Positions 8,285 to 16,862 of a stretch of 64,000 bases of DNA are shown here, piece by piece; within the stretch, counting starts at the first letter, position 1; every line of letters begins with the position of its first letter. Origin of the DNA: Candidatus Saccharimonadota bacterium (GTDB lineage: Bacteria; Patescibacteriota; Saccharimonadia; Saccharimonadales; AWTP1-31). Location of the stretch: NCBI GenBank assembly GCA_026395435.1, contig JAPLYT010000012.1:86332-150331 (forward strand), given 5' to 3'. Made by a program: the position numbers and the translations under genes. Under the pieces are notes generated by a model. The model searched no databases. It worked only from the letters and a program-made list of their open reading frames with translations, and was not told where the DNA came from.

Positions 8285-8980
8285 CTATGTGATCCTGGCA
8301 TGCTCCTGAAGCATCGTTTTACTAAGCTGTATTAGTGGTAAAATTATAGATTCAGTGCCCTGAATCTGAACTAATTTTTTGGGCGTTTCGAGCGACAACG
8401 CAAGCCGGAGAACTTTGATATGACGCGCATCAAATGGGCCCGAGGTATGCTCCGCAAATGTCATTTCATCAAAACTAAGTGTGTAGTGCGTATCAATAGT
8501 TAGTGGTTTACCTTTGGTATCAGTCTGCATATTTGGCACATGGCCGCCCAATTTAAGTAACTGCATATTATTCCATAATCGGATGTAATTGAGATCTATA
8601 GAAACGTCGTTTAGTGCTACAAATAGAATACGCAGTAATTCAAAATATTCTGGCTCGGGCGAATCTTCAGTTATTCGATTAAACATTTTTAGGATATCGT
8701 ATGCGTACATCGTCCTGTCAATGTCTTTCACGATGGTCCCGAAGTTTACCTGCAATCGTGCCGATACAAGCGTATGCAAATCGCCTTTTCCGACAATATA
8801 GGCAATGTCGTTCACGCTAAAAAGCTCGATGCCTCCTGCAAGACGACTTTTAATTTTTCTGACGCCTTTTGCCAGCAGCCGTATCTTGCCCTGGTATGGC
8901 GTAAGGACCGTTAAAATCCGATCGGCCTCACCATATGAAGTTCGAGCGAGAACGATAGCCTCTGTTGCCTGCTGTTTCAC
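8285..8980 (-). CDS. recO: DNA repair protein RecO
   Basis: 231-aa ORF with the N-terminal OB-fold pattern AIVLARTSYGEADRILTVLTPYQGKIRLLAKGVRK. Confidence 0.85.
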   Translation of the reverse strand: MKQQATEAIVLARTSYGEADRILTVLTPYQGKIRLLAKGVRKIKSRLAGGIELFSVNDIAYIVGKGDLHTLVSARLQVNFGTIVKDIDRTMYAYDILKMFNRITEDSPEPEYFELLRILFVALNDVSIDLNYIRLWNNMQLLKLGGHVPNMQTDTKGKPLTIDTHYTLSFDEMTFAEHTSGPFDARHIKVLRLALSLETPKKLVQIQGTESIILPLIQLSKTMLQEHARIT

Positions 8981-9363
8981 GAGGCGTGTGCCAAGAGTTC
9001 GGACTCTACAGCGTTTGTTAATTTTTCTAATGACGTTGTAGGTTTATATAAATGTACCTGTACATGCAGTTCCTTAGAAAGGACGTCGCCTTGATTGAGG
9101 GCACGAAACGGAACGCTCGTATGAAGGATTACAGGAATGCGCTGCCATTCAGGGTATGATCGCATTTCGTACAAAAATTCTATCCCATTATGTAGGGCTA
9201 TCTGAAGTTCAAGGACTATGAGGTCAATCTGGTGTTCATCTAATGTTTGTATCGCGTCACGAATATCGACAGAATGATGTACGGTATGATTGGCGTGTTG
9301 AAGGGCGCGTTTATATGTTGAGGCAAGTGATTCATCCGGCTCGATCAATAACAACGTAGCCAC
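8977..9363 (-). CDS. receiver-domain protein with Glu replacing the phospho-acceptor Asp
   Basis: 128-aa CheY-like pattern: LLLIEPDES, IDLIVLELQ (Glu where Asp is expected), ILHTS and YKP. It overlaps recO by 4 nt. Confidence 0.7.
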   Translation of the reverse strand: MATLLLIEPDESLASTYKRALQHANHTVHHSVDIRDAIQTLDEHQIDLIVLELQIALHNGIEFLYEMRSYPEWQRIPVILHTSVPFRALNQGDVLSKELHVQVHLYKPTTSLEKLTNAVESELLAHAS

Positions 9364-9366
9364 AAT

Positions 9367-10113
9367 TTATACCAACGCTAATTGCTGACTCGGTGCAAAT
9401 GTCGCAGCAAGTCCCGTTAACTTATTATGCCGCGCCACCCGTAAGCCTGATGACATCGAAACGAGTAACGAATCGGCCACGAACACCCCTGCTCCGTTTT
9501 GAGCAGTAAGCTGCGCAAGCGGTTGCCGTGCGGCTCCATACATCTTATGGGCACGCTTAAACATATCAACATTGAGGCCTTCTATGTCAGAGAACATCCC
9601 TGCTACAATCCCCTTGCTTGTTCGGTGAGCAGCAAGCGTTATGACTGGTCGCTTTGTATGAGTGCGTTCATGCTGGACGTCGATGAATACTTTACCGAGG
9701 TTCAATAGTGCCGCCTGCAAGCCTGCAGGGTGAGCCATAATGGGTCCATATCTACCGGCTATATGCAGCTCTAGGTCACACCTGTTTTCGTGAGCTATTT
9801 TTTCCATTTTATGGGCAATATCATCTAGCGTTGCAGACAACGAAACTGGTTCTAGTACGAGTGCGTCACCTGCTGCAGACAGACGTGTGCTGAGCAAATA
9901 GCTATCTAGTAGTTGTAGGGCATTATCTGCTACTTTTTCAATCATAGCAAGACGCGTGATGTCGCCGGTCATTGATGCCAGTTCGGACGCGCGAGCAATC
10001 TGAAGAAACGGTAGCTTCATCTGTTCTGTGAGAGCAAAAAACAGACGTTGTTCATCACTTTCAGCGTGCGTGCTTGGTGTCTTACCGTCATGCATCTCGT
10101 ATAAATCCCTCAC
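9367..10113 (-). CDS. degenerate histidine-kinase-like protein (no phospho-His)
   Basis: 248-aa ORF. The H-box-like LTEQMKLPFLQI has Glu where His is expected. It has an N-box-like LLNLGKVF and degenerate G boxes (SDIEGL, NGAGVFVA). It has no TM segments. Confidence 0.5.
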   Translation of the reverse strand: MRDLYEMHDGKTPSTHAESDEQRLFFALTEQMKLPFLQIARASELASMTGDITRLAMIEKVADNALQLLDSYLLSTRLSAAGDALVLEPVSLSATLDDIAHKMEKIAHENRCDLELHIAGRYGPIMAHPAGLQAALLNLGKVFIDVQHERTHTKRPVITLAAHRTSKGIVAGMFSDIEGLNVDMFKRAHKMYGAARQPLAQLTAQNGAGVFVADSLLVSMSSGLRVARHNKLTGLAATFAPSQQLALV

Positions 10114-10148
10114 TTACCTAGGGTTAGTATAGCGTATTCGGTAATTAT

Positions 10149-10820
10149 TTATGGTACAAAAACGAGATTTGGCAAAATTATTGTATTGAAGTCGTTTGCG
10201 TTTTGAGCAGCTTCAGTCCACACTTGCAGTGTTTTATCGCGAATTGGAAATACGACCAGTGAACCCTGCTTACCTGCCTGTACTTCACCGTCTACCCGCA
10301 ATCCAACAACACCAGGAACTTTTGGCGCACTGAATGGTGATACTTTGACTTTTCCGGCCTTAACACGTTGGTCAAATGTTTTAACTACATTGGAATATTG
10401 CGTTGCTAATACCTGAACTTTGAGAGCAATACTTGCATTACTGGTGAGCCCTGGCACAAATCCTGGATTCAAGGATCCATCGAGTGGTGCATTACCCGTT
10501 CCGGATTCGTCTACGTATAAACTCCATGTCTTTGGATAACTAATTCCAACACTTCCATACGCCGCTGGCCCAGTATATGTGCGAAGCGGGTTCTTTTCTT
10601 TTTCAGCAAATTCAGCATCTTTTTTAAGATTGTTTGCAGCGTCCGATGCAGTGACTGCTTCGGCAATTTTTGCATCAACATTATTTTTATAATCTTGCTT
10701 ACCAGCAAAAGCCCACACTCCAAAACCGGTTGATCCGAGAAACAGTAGCAACACGACGATAAAAGCAATCATCCAGGTATCGACGAGGCCTGATTGATCT
10801 AATTTTTGAATATTTGCCAT
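10149..10820 (-). CDS. hypothetical N-terminally membrane-anchored protein
   Basis: 223-aa ORF with a single TM segment WMIAFIVVLLLFLGSTGFGVWAF, then a soluble domain with no recognised motif. Confidence 0.6.
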   Translation of the reverse strand: MANIQKLDQSGLVDTWMIAFIVVLLLFLGSTGFGVWAFAGKQDYKNNVDAKIAEAVTASDAANNLKKDAEFAEKEKNPLRTYTGPAAYGSVGISYPKTWSLYVDESGTGNAPLDGSLNPGFVPGLTSNASIALKVQVLATQYSNVVKTFDQRVKAGKVKVSPFSAPKVPGVVGLRVDGEVQAGKQGSLVVFPIRDKTLQVWTEAAQNANDFNTIILPNLVFVP

Positions 10821-10880
10821 AATGCTTATGGTACCATATTGGCTTGTTCGTAGCCACTATTTACCCCTGCTTTTAGCAGT

Positions 10881-11078
10881 TTATTGAGAAAGTTTTTTAA
10901 TTTCGTTCTCGGCTTTCTCAAGATATTCTTCGAGCTCAGTTACTAGCTTTATAGCATGCTTGTAACGAACAATTGCCTCGTCTATGTCAATATTGTCACC
11001 TTCAAACCACGCGAGGGCGGTATTGAGTTCTTCTTTTCGTTCAGAGAACGTTTTCTGATCTTTTTTTGTAGCTGTCAT
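10881..11078 (-). CDS. xseB: exodeoxyribonuclease VII small subunit
   Basis: 65-aa helical ORF (FSERKEELNTALAWFE...DIDEAI..YK) lying directly downstream of xseA. Confidence 0.85.
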   Translation of the reverse strand: MTATKKDQKTFSERKEELNTALAWFEGDNIDIDEAIVRYKHAIKLVTELEEYLEKAENEIKKLSQ

Positions 11079-11107
11079 ATGCTTCTAGTATACTCCCGTC
11101 ACTTTGT

Positions 11108-12226
11108 TTACGATTTACTAATTACCTTTTTCACACGAGCCTCAACGATTCCATCGTCAAACCGCATCGTGATGTCAGAATCTTTTTGAATATTTTTTAC
11201 GGATAAGACGATATCTCCGTTCGATTGGCGCACTTGGGCATAGCCTAACCGTAATATTCGACGCGGATCATAACTTTCAAGAAGTGTCCTCGCTTGAATC
11301 AAATCCTTCCCCCGAGAATCAAGTGCCGATTGTATATTCAGTAGCGCAATGCGACTATCATGCTTGAACGCCTGTACATTGGTAATCACGGACTGATGAA
11401 CCAATGCTGAACAAGAGGACAAAGCCTGACGATAAAAGACTTTTACTTCTTTTTTGTCAGGAGTCAGCAATTCAGCCGCGTTACTGGGGGTACTGGCCCG
11501 CTTGTCAGCCGCTAACTCAGCGAGACTCTCATCACGTTCGTGACCAATTGCAACAAGTGTAGGAATTCTACTGGCGGCGATCTCTCGAACGACTTGTTCG
11601 ACATTAAAAGCGATAAGATCGTCGGCACTTCCTCCTCCCCGAGTTATCACAATAACATCGAGGTTCGATTCAGTATTTAATCGTTTGATAGCATCAATGA
11701 TTTGATTCGGCGCAGATTCTCCCTGAACTTGGACATCAAGGTGATATATTTCGATACCTCCCCACCTGGCATTGAGAATCTTCATGAAATCTATATATGC
11801 TGCTGACTCACCTGACGCAATAAGCCCAATACGTGCCGGCGGATAGAGTAATGATCGCTTACGCTCTATTGCAAAAAGACCTTCATTGGTGAGTTTGGCC
11901 TTTAGTAGTGCAGCGGCTTTTTTTATCGATCCTTCCCCGATTGGAGTGATAGACTGGGCAGTTACCGAAAATCCATACGCCGGGTGCATTTTGGGGGTTC
12001 CTGTGACCTGAACGATCATTCCGTCCTCTAAAGGTCCGGGCATCATATACACCGTGCCAAAGAACTTTACGCTTGCCCCCGCGTCTTTTAGGTCAAAATA
12101 TACCCATTTACCTTTACTGACTCGAAGATTAGACAGCTCACCAACAATCACAACAGAGCTATAGGCATATTCGAACGTCTGGTTAATTGACGCCACAAAA
12201 TCACTGACACTAAATGTTGGGCTCAT
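11108..12226 (-). CDS. xseA: exodeoxyribonuclease VII large subunit
   Basis: 372-aa ORF with an N-terminal OB fold (VVIVGELSNLRVSKGKWVYFDLKD), a central TRGGGSADDL motif and GHERD. Confidence 0.9.
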   Translation of the reverse strand: MSPTFSVSDFVASINQTFEYAYSSVVIVGELSNLRVSKGKWVYFDLKDAGASVKFFGTVYMMPGPLEDGMIVQVTGTPKMHPAYGFSVTAQSITPIGEGSIKKAAALLKAKLTNEGLFAIERKRSLLYPPARIGLIASGESAAYIDFMKILNARWGGIEIYHLDVQVQGESAPNQIIDAIKRLNTESNLDVIVITRGGGSADDLIAFNVEQVVREIAASRIPTLVAIGHERDESLAELAADKRASTPSNAAELLTPDKKEVKVFYRQALSSCSALVHQSVITNVQAFKHDSRIALLNIQSALDSRGKDLIQARTLLESYDPRRILRLGYAQVRQSNGDIVLSVKNIQKDSDITMRFDDGIVEARVKKVISKS

Positions 12227-13260
12227 GATGATGTTGTCTTAGACCGTATATTTTTGTTGTAAAAATAGAATCCTGGTGGAATTTGTACCGATATAGCGAG
12301 CACTCGATACATAACCGTCACGGGGATACTCACACCCGGGCTGACACCGCTCGCGGCAAGCACGGCGGTCATAAGTGCTTCGTAGATACCAATTCCTCCC
12401 GGTAACACCGAGAAGAATCCAGCGATGGTCGCAACTGCATATGCCAAGATAACTGCCCCTGGATTTACCCAGGCGCCAAATGCAACATAAACTACATAGA
12501 TTGTTGCGATCTCTGCAGAAAGTGCCAGTAACGACCAGATAAGTGGCATTTTGAGTGCACTAAAGTCATTTTTAATAAGCAAGTAATCTTCATGGAGTTC
12601 ATTAAACAGATTACGAACCTTTTCTATATTAATTGTTTCAGGGTGCCTAGGACGAACAACATAGATAACCTTATTTAAGGCCTGGCTTACTGCCACAAAG
12701 AATCGATTAATTCGATACTTACTGCCGATTATAAAAACGATACCCGCCGTACCAACCAGGATAAGCGTAGACAGAGACCCTCCCACCAACAGTACAAAAC
12801 GACTGGCCTTTCCATCAAGGGCTAGTAGGAGCAATCCTGTTCCTAATAGGATCTGGAATGAAATAAATACCATAATGTAACGCATGAGGTATACCAGAGA
12901 CGTTTTAGCAGTGCTCACGTCGGCATCTTTCATACGAATACCGAAGTAGGAAAGTCCCGTCACACCTCCACTCGGAAAAACAAGCCCAACAAAGTTCATT
13001 TCTAGCATCAATCTAAACATCGGCCTGTAGCGAAGTTTTTCGCCAAGTATGCTAAATAACGATCGAGATTGGTTGGTATAGGCGTGATAGTTTAGCAATT
13101 GAAGTGGAATAACCAAAAAAAGTGCCCAGGTGTCTACCTTACCAAGGTTATTGAGAGAGTCGACAATCTGATGTCGCAATGCGTATATCGCCCCAAAGAG
13201 CGCGATGATCGTGACAATATTGAGGACTACTTTCCACTTTGCTTTCGATTTTTTACTCAT
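12223..13260 (-). CDS. UPF0104 / lysyl-PG-synthase-TM-like (flippase-like) membrane protein
   Basis: Polytopic membrane ORF. The track ORF extends to 13329, but MSKKSKAKWK (ATG at 13260) is the more likely start, just before the first TM segment. Confidence 0.65.
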   Translation of the reverse strand: MSKKSKAKWKVVLNIVTIIALFGAIYALRHQIVDSLNNLGKVDTWALFLVIPLQLLNYHAYTNQSRSLFSILGEKLRYRPMFRLMLEMNFVGLVFPSGGVTGLSYFGIRMKDADVSTAKTSLVYLMRYIMVFISFQILLGTGLLLLALDGKASRFVLLVGGSLSTLILVGTAGIVFIIGSKYRINRFFVAVSQALNKVIYVVRPRHPETINIEKVRNLFNELHEDYLLIKNDFSALKMPLIWSLLALSAEIATIYVVYVAFGAWVNPGAVILAYAVATIAGFFSVLPGGIGIYEALMTAVLAASGVSPGVSIPVTVMYRVLAISVQIPPGFYFYNKNIRSKTTSS

Positions 13261-13268
13261 TGAAATAC

Positions 13269-13300
<32 letters not shown>

Positions 13301-13318
13301 AAGGCATAAGCGTTAGGT

Positions 13319-14530
13319 ATGACCTTCAAGAGGCGATATACTACTATTATGCAATCATCACTGTTTATTCTTGGCCGTCAACCAGCGCTTGGTATAGCCG
13401 AACTCGAATCATTATTTGGACCTGAATTAATCACGCCCATCGATACTCACGCCGCAATCGTAGCCGTAGATCCTGACGATATTCCCTTCAATCGCATCGG
13501 CGGGAGCATTAAGTTGGCAGGCGTACTTACTGAAATTCAGTCAACCGACTGGACTGCGCTCGCAAAATACATCGAAGATACACTTCCGAAGCATCTTAGC
13601 GGCATCCCGGAAGGAAAATTAAAACTAGGATTTAGCACATTCGGAATACACGTTGATGCAAATACGATAAACAAAAGTGCCCTGCAGATTAAAAAAGCAG
13701 TAAAGTCTGCCGGACGATCAGTGAGGATAATTCCTAATAATGATGTCGCCCTCAATAGTGCCCAAGTAATTCATAACCAACTCACTTCCCCGCTTGGAAT
13801 GGAATTAATTTTCTTACGCAACGGCAGTTCAACACTCATAGCGCAAACGATTAGCGAACAAGACATCGAGTCGTATGCTGCCCGTGACCAACAGCGACCC
13901 ATGAGAGACGCTCGCGTTGGGATGCTACCACCCAAACTTGCTCAAATTATCGTCAACCTAGCAACTGGAGCCAAAGCACCCGACAGAGACTTCACCGTAT
14001 TAGACCCCTTCTGTGGTACCGGTGTTGTACTCCAAGAAGCCGGATTGATGGGATTTTCTCCTCTCGGGTCAGATCTTGAACCTCGAATGACAGAATATTC
14101 AAAAAAGAACCTTGAGTGGCTGCAAGAAAAATGGGACACATCCTTTGACATCACACTAATCACGGGTGACGCAACAAATCTCGAATGGCAAGAAAACATC
14201 GATGCAATTGCTTGCGAGACATACCTTGGAAGACCATTTTCATCCTTGCCGGATACCGAAACACTTACAGAAGTCATGCAAGATGTAAACCTCATCCACA
14301 AACGATTCCTGCAAAATGTCGCACGTCAAACAAAACCAGGGCTCACCCTATGTCTTGCCGTCCCTGCCTGGAAAACTCCGGATGGATTTAAACACCTAAA
14401 ACTCCTTGATTCTCTCGAGGTATTGGGGTATACTAGACGAAGTTTTGTTCACGCTCGGGAGTCTGATTTAATCTACTACCGCGAAGGCCAAGTGGTCGCC
14501 CGTGAACTAGTATCACTAATAAGGAAGTAA
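13319..14530 (+). CDS. class I SAM-dependent methyltransferase, probably RNA-modifying
   Basis: 403-aa ORF with motif I VLDPFCGTGVVLQEAG, then GSDLEP and GDATNL. The usual (D/N)PPY is replaced by CETY. The start may instead be the ATG at 13349 (MQSSLFILGRQ). Confidence 0.6.
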   Translation: MTFKRRYTTIMQSSLFILGRQPALGIAELESLFGPELITPIDTHAAIVAVDPDDIPFNRIGGSIKLAGVLTEIQSTDWTALAKYIEDTLPKHLSGIPEGKLKLGFSTFGIHVDANTINKSALQIKKAVKSAGRSVRIIPNNDVALNSAQVIHNQLTSPLGMELIFLRNGSSTLIAQTISEQDIESYAARDQQRPMRDARVGMLPPKLAQIIVNLATGAKAPDRDFTVLDPFCGTGVVLQEAGLMGFSPLGSDLEPRMTEYSKKNLEWLQEKWDTSFDITLITGDATNLEWQENIDAIACETYLGRPFSSLPDTETLTEVMQDVNLIHKRFLQNVARQTKPGLTLCLAVPAWKTPDGFKHLKLLDSLEVLGYTRRSFVHARESDLIYYREGQVVARELVSLIRK

Positions 14531-14531
14531 T

Positions 14532-14804
14532 ATGTCACACGTAAAAGCTGGTGGAACAAGTAAGAATAACAGAGATAGTCCTGGGCAACGGCTCGGTGTA
14601 AAACTATTTGGTGGCGAAAAAGTTTCTCTTGGTCAAATCATCGTTCGACAAGTTGGCCTCACCAAGCGTTCTGGCGTTGGCACGACTCTCAGCCGTAACT
14701 TCACTATTCATGCAGCCAAAGACGGCGTTGTAGCTTTCAAAAGCCGAAAAGTCCGCACCTTCAGCGGCAAATCAGTCCGACGCACTGAAGTCACCGTCAT
14801 CTAA
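14532..14804 (+). CDS. rpmA: 50S ribosomal protein L27
   Basis: 90-aa ORF reading MSHVKAGGTSKNNRDSPGQRLGVKLFGG. Confidence 0.95.
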   Translation: MSHVKAGGTSKNNRDSPGQRLGVKLFGGEKVSLGQIIVRQVGLTKRSGVGTTLSRNFTIHAAKDGVVAFKSRKVRTFSGKSVRRTEVTVI

Positions 14805-14809
14805 ATCTA

Positions 14810-16294
14810 CTATTTAGTATTACGCTCTGCTCTAATAGCTTCAACTCTATCAAATAGAGTATCCGTAAAATGGTCTGAGCCAAAGCTTTTTCTGTAGCTT
14901 CTTACAAATTCAAAATCTGAAACGGTAGAATTAGCTAATTTTTGTGCATATTGCTCTACTCGTTTATCAATTTCTGCGACTAAAGCGGGATCGGTCTTCG
15001 ACTTTTCCAAAATTCTTCCTATTACACCGCTGAAGCCACCTGTATAATCAGCGATTTCGTTATGGATACTGCCAGACTGGTTGCTGAGATAGACACCTGG
15101 TGCTGCTGTTAATATATCAGGTAACAAATCTAATCCTACAACGGAAGCAATGTCTGCATAAATGTCTTCTTTGACGCCTCCCTTTACATGCGAATCAAAG
15201 TATTCGAGTACATCAAATCCTGTCGCAAGCTTTAGGTCATTAAAGAAAAATTTAACATCCTGATATCCTTGCATATCACCAGCAAAATATTCTGCTCTTC
15301 GTTCTTCTAGATTAATACCAAAGAATACTCCTTCTGTAGCCAATCCACCCTGTGTGTGGACATATTCATGCAATGCGATCGAACTATCCCGTATTAGGTC
15401 GTTTTCTGAATAATATTCGTGTCGGTTTTCTAGATCATTATCATATGCTATCTTTTCAGCATATCCAGCTGACACATTCAAAAGTGTCCTGTTCTTACTT
15501 TTTACGACAAATGCTGCGGCGACTGCATTAGAGCCAGTCTCATTAATGAAGGATTCTGTACGCTTTTCTAGACCTTTTAGCCATGATCTTGATGCGTCAA
15601 GATCATAGGTGCTATCATCATATTTTAAATTTGCAGCCACAGGGTCATCTCGGTACTCTTCAGCAGTTGGCCAACGGTCTTCGGATATCTTTCTACCAAC
15701 ACCGTGAGTGTCAGAACCGTCAGTAATACTAAGCACATGTACTTCATAAGGGTCTTCATTATCGTTTGTGATGCCCATTCTACTCTTTACACCGTCAAAC
15801 ATTCCATTTTTTATTTTTTCAGTTAGATCATGCGTTAAATCAGGCTGAGTATACCTATCTATTACGGCAGTTGTATTTCCTTCCGATCTGCTATGACCAG
15901 CCTCTACCTCGGTTTGCTTTTTTAAATCATCAAAAGCATCTGTATAATCTTTTGCTAAAGCATATACTCCGTTAGCTATAAATTCTTTTTCACGAACGTT
16001 AGAAGCCTTTGGATCGGTTTTGTCTAACGTTGCATAACGAAACGCAAAAGAACTCAATATGACTAACCTTGCTTGGGCATCCTCACCTTCAAAAAAAGTA
16101 GGGTTTATGCTAAATTCATTGACTAATTCAGAAATTGCCGGTGCGAGTTCTGGATGACTGAACTCTTCAACGGAAGGATAACTTTGAGCCATAATATCTA
16201 CTTGTGCATTAATATCAACGAGGGGAATGCCCAACTCGGGTTTGCTGACAACTTCTGTCGTTGGTATTGGTTGATATTGTAACTGTTCTGTCAT
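14810..16294 (-). CDS. hypothetical HExxH zinc-metallopeptidase-like protein
   Basis: 494-aa ORF with no signal peptide or TM segment. It contains HEYVH followed by Glu residues about 20 aa downstream (NLEERRAEYF), a gluzincin-like spacing. It is visibly more AT-rich than its neighbours. Confidence 0.6.
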   Translation of the reverse strand: MTEQLQYQPIPTTEVVSKPELGIPLVDINAQVDIMAQSYPSVEEFSHPELAPAISELVNEFSINPTFFEGEDAQARLVILSSFAFRYATLDKTDPKASNVREKEFIANGVYALAKDYTDAFDDLKKQTEVEAGHSRSEGNTTAVIDRYTQPDLTHDLTEKIKNGMFDGVKSRMGITNDNEDPYEVHVLSITDGSDTHGVGRKISEDRWPTAEEYRDDPVAANLKYDDSTYDLDASRSWLKGLEKRTESFINETGSNAVAAAFVVKSKNRTLLNVSAGYAEKIAYDNDLENRHEYYSENDLIRDSSIALHEYVHTQGGLATEGVFFGINLEERRAEYFAGDMQGYQDVKFFFNDLKLATGFDVLEYFDSHVKGGVKEDIYADIASVVGLDLLPDILTAAPGVYLSNQSGSIHNEIADYTGGFSGVIGRILEKSKTDPALVAEIDKRVEQYAQKLANSTVSDFEFVRSYRKSFGSDHFTDTLFDRVEAIRAERNTK

Positions 16295-16339
16295 GTTTTT
16301 ATTTTATACTTACAATAATAACATTAGCATAAAATATAC

Positions 16340-16374
16340 AAAAAAGCAATAGCGTTATTTACTATTGCTTTTTT
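16340..16374 (-). terminator. rho-independent terminator after the response regulator gene
   Basis: AAAAAAGCAATAG / CTATTGCTTTTTT hairpin with a 9-nt loop. The flanking A and T runs could make it bidirectional. Confidence 0.75.
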
Positions 16375-16390
16375 GATGTTCAAATGAAAT

Positions 16391-16795
16391 CTAGGCTGCG
16401 AGGTGGTGCTTGATGCGTTCTACGACATCAGCGATTACAACTTGTGATTTGACGAGGTAGTCGTCTGCTCCGAGGCTCATAGCGCGTTCTTTGTCGCTGT
16501 CTTGGCTAAGTGCAGTCAGCATGACAATCTTTACCTTTGCGGTTTCTGGAGTGTTTCTGAGGATGTCGAGAACATCGAAACCACTCACTTTAGGCATCAT
16601 GACATCAAGAACAATTAAGTTTGGTCGGTATTCAAGAGCACCTGCGAGTGCATCTTCCCCGTTTGGTACTCGCTTAACATCGAATCCTTCTGCCTGCAGA
16701 CGTGTTTGATATACACTCGCCAGTGCGTCGTCGTCTTCAACGAGCATAATTTTGAACTGTTTTGTTGCTGCTTGAGTTGTTTGTTGTTCTTCCAT
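16391..16795 (-). CDS. single-domain response regulator (CheY-like)
   Basis: 134-aa ORF with canonical receiver residues: VEDDD, LIVLDVMMP, MLTA and LVKS. Confidence 0.9.
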   Translation of the reverse strand: MEEQQTTQAATKQFKIMLVEDDDALASVYQTRLQAEGFDVKRVPNGEDALAGALEYRPNLIVLDVMMPKVSGFDVLDILRNTPETAKVKIVMLTALSQDSDKERAMSLGADDYLVKSQVVIADVVERIKHHLAA

Positions 16796-16862
16796 AATGC
16801 TTATACTAATATAATAAACTGTCTAGAGCAACATTTAGGCCTAAATTACAGCAGTGGTTACA

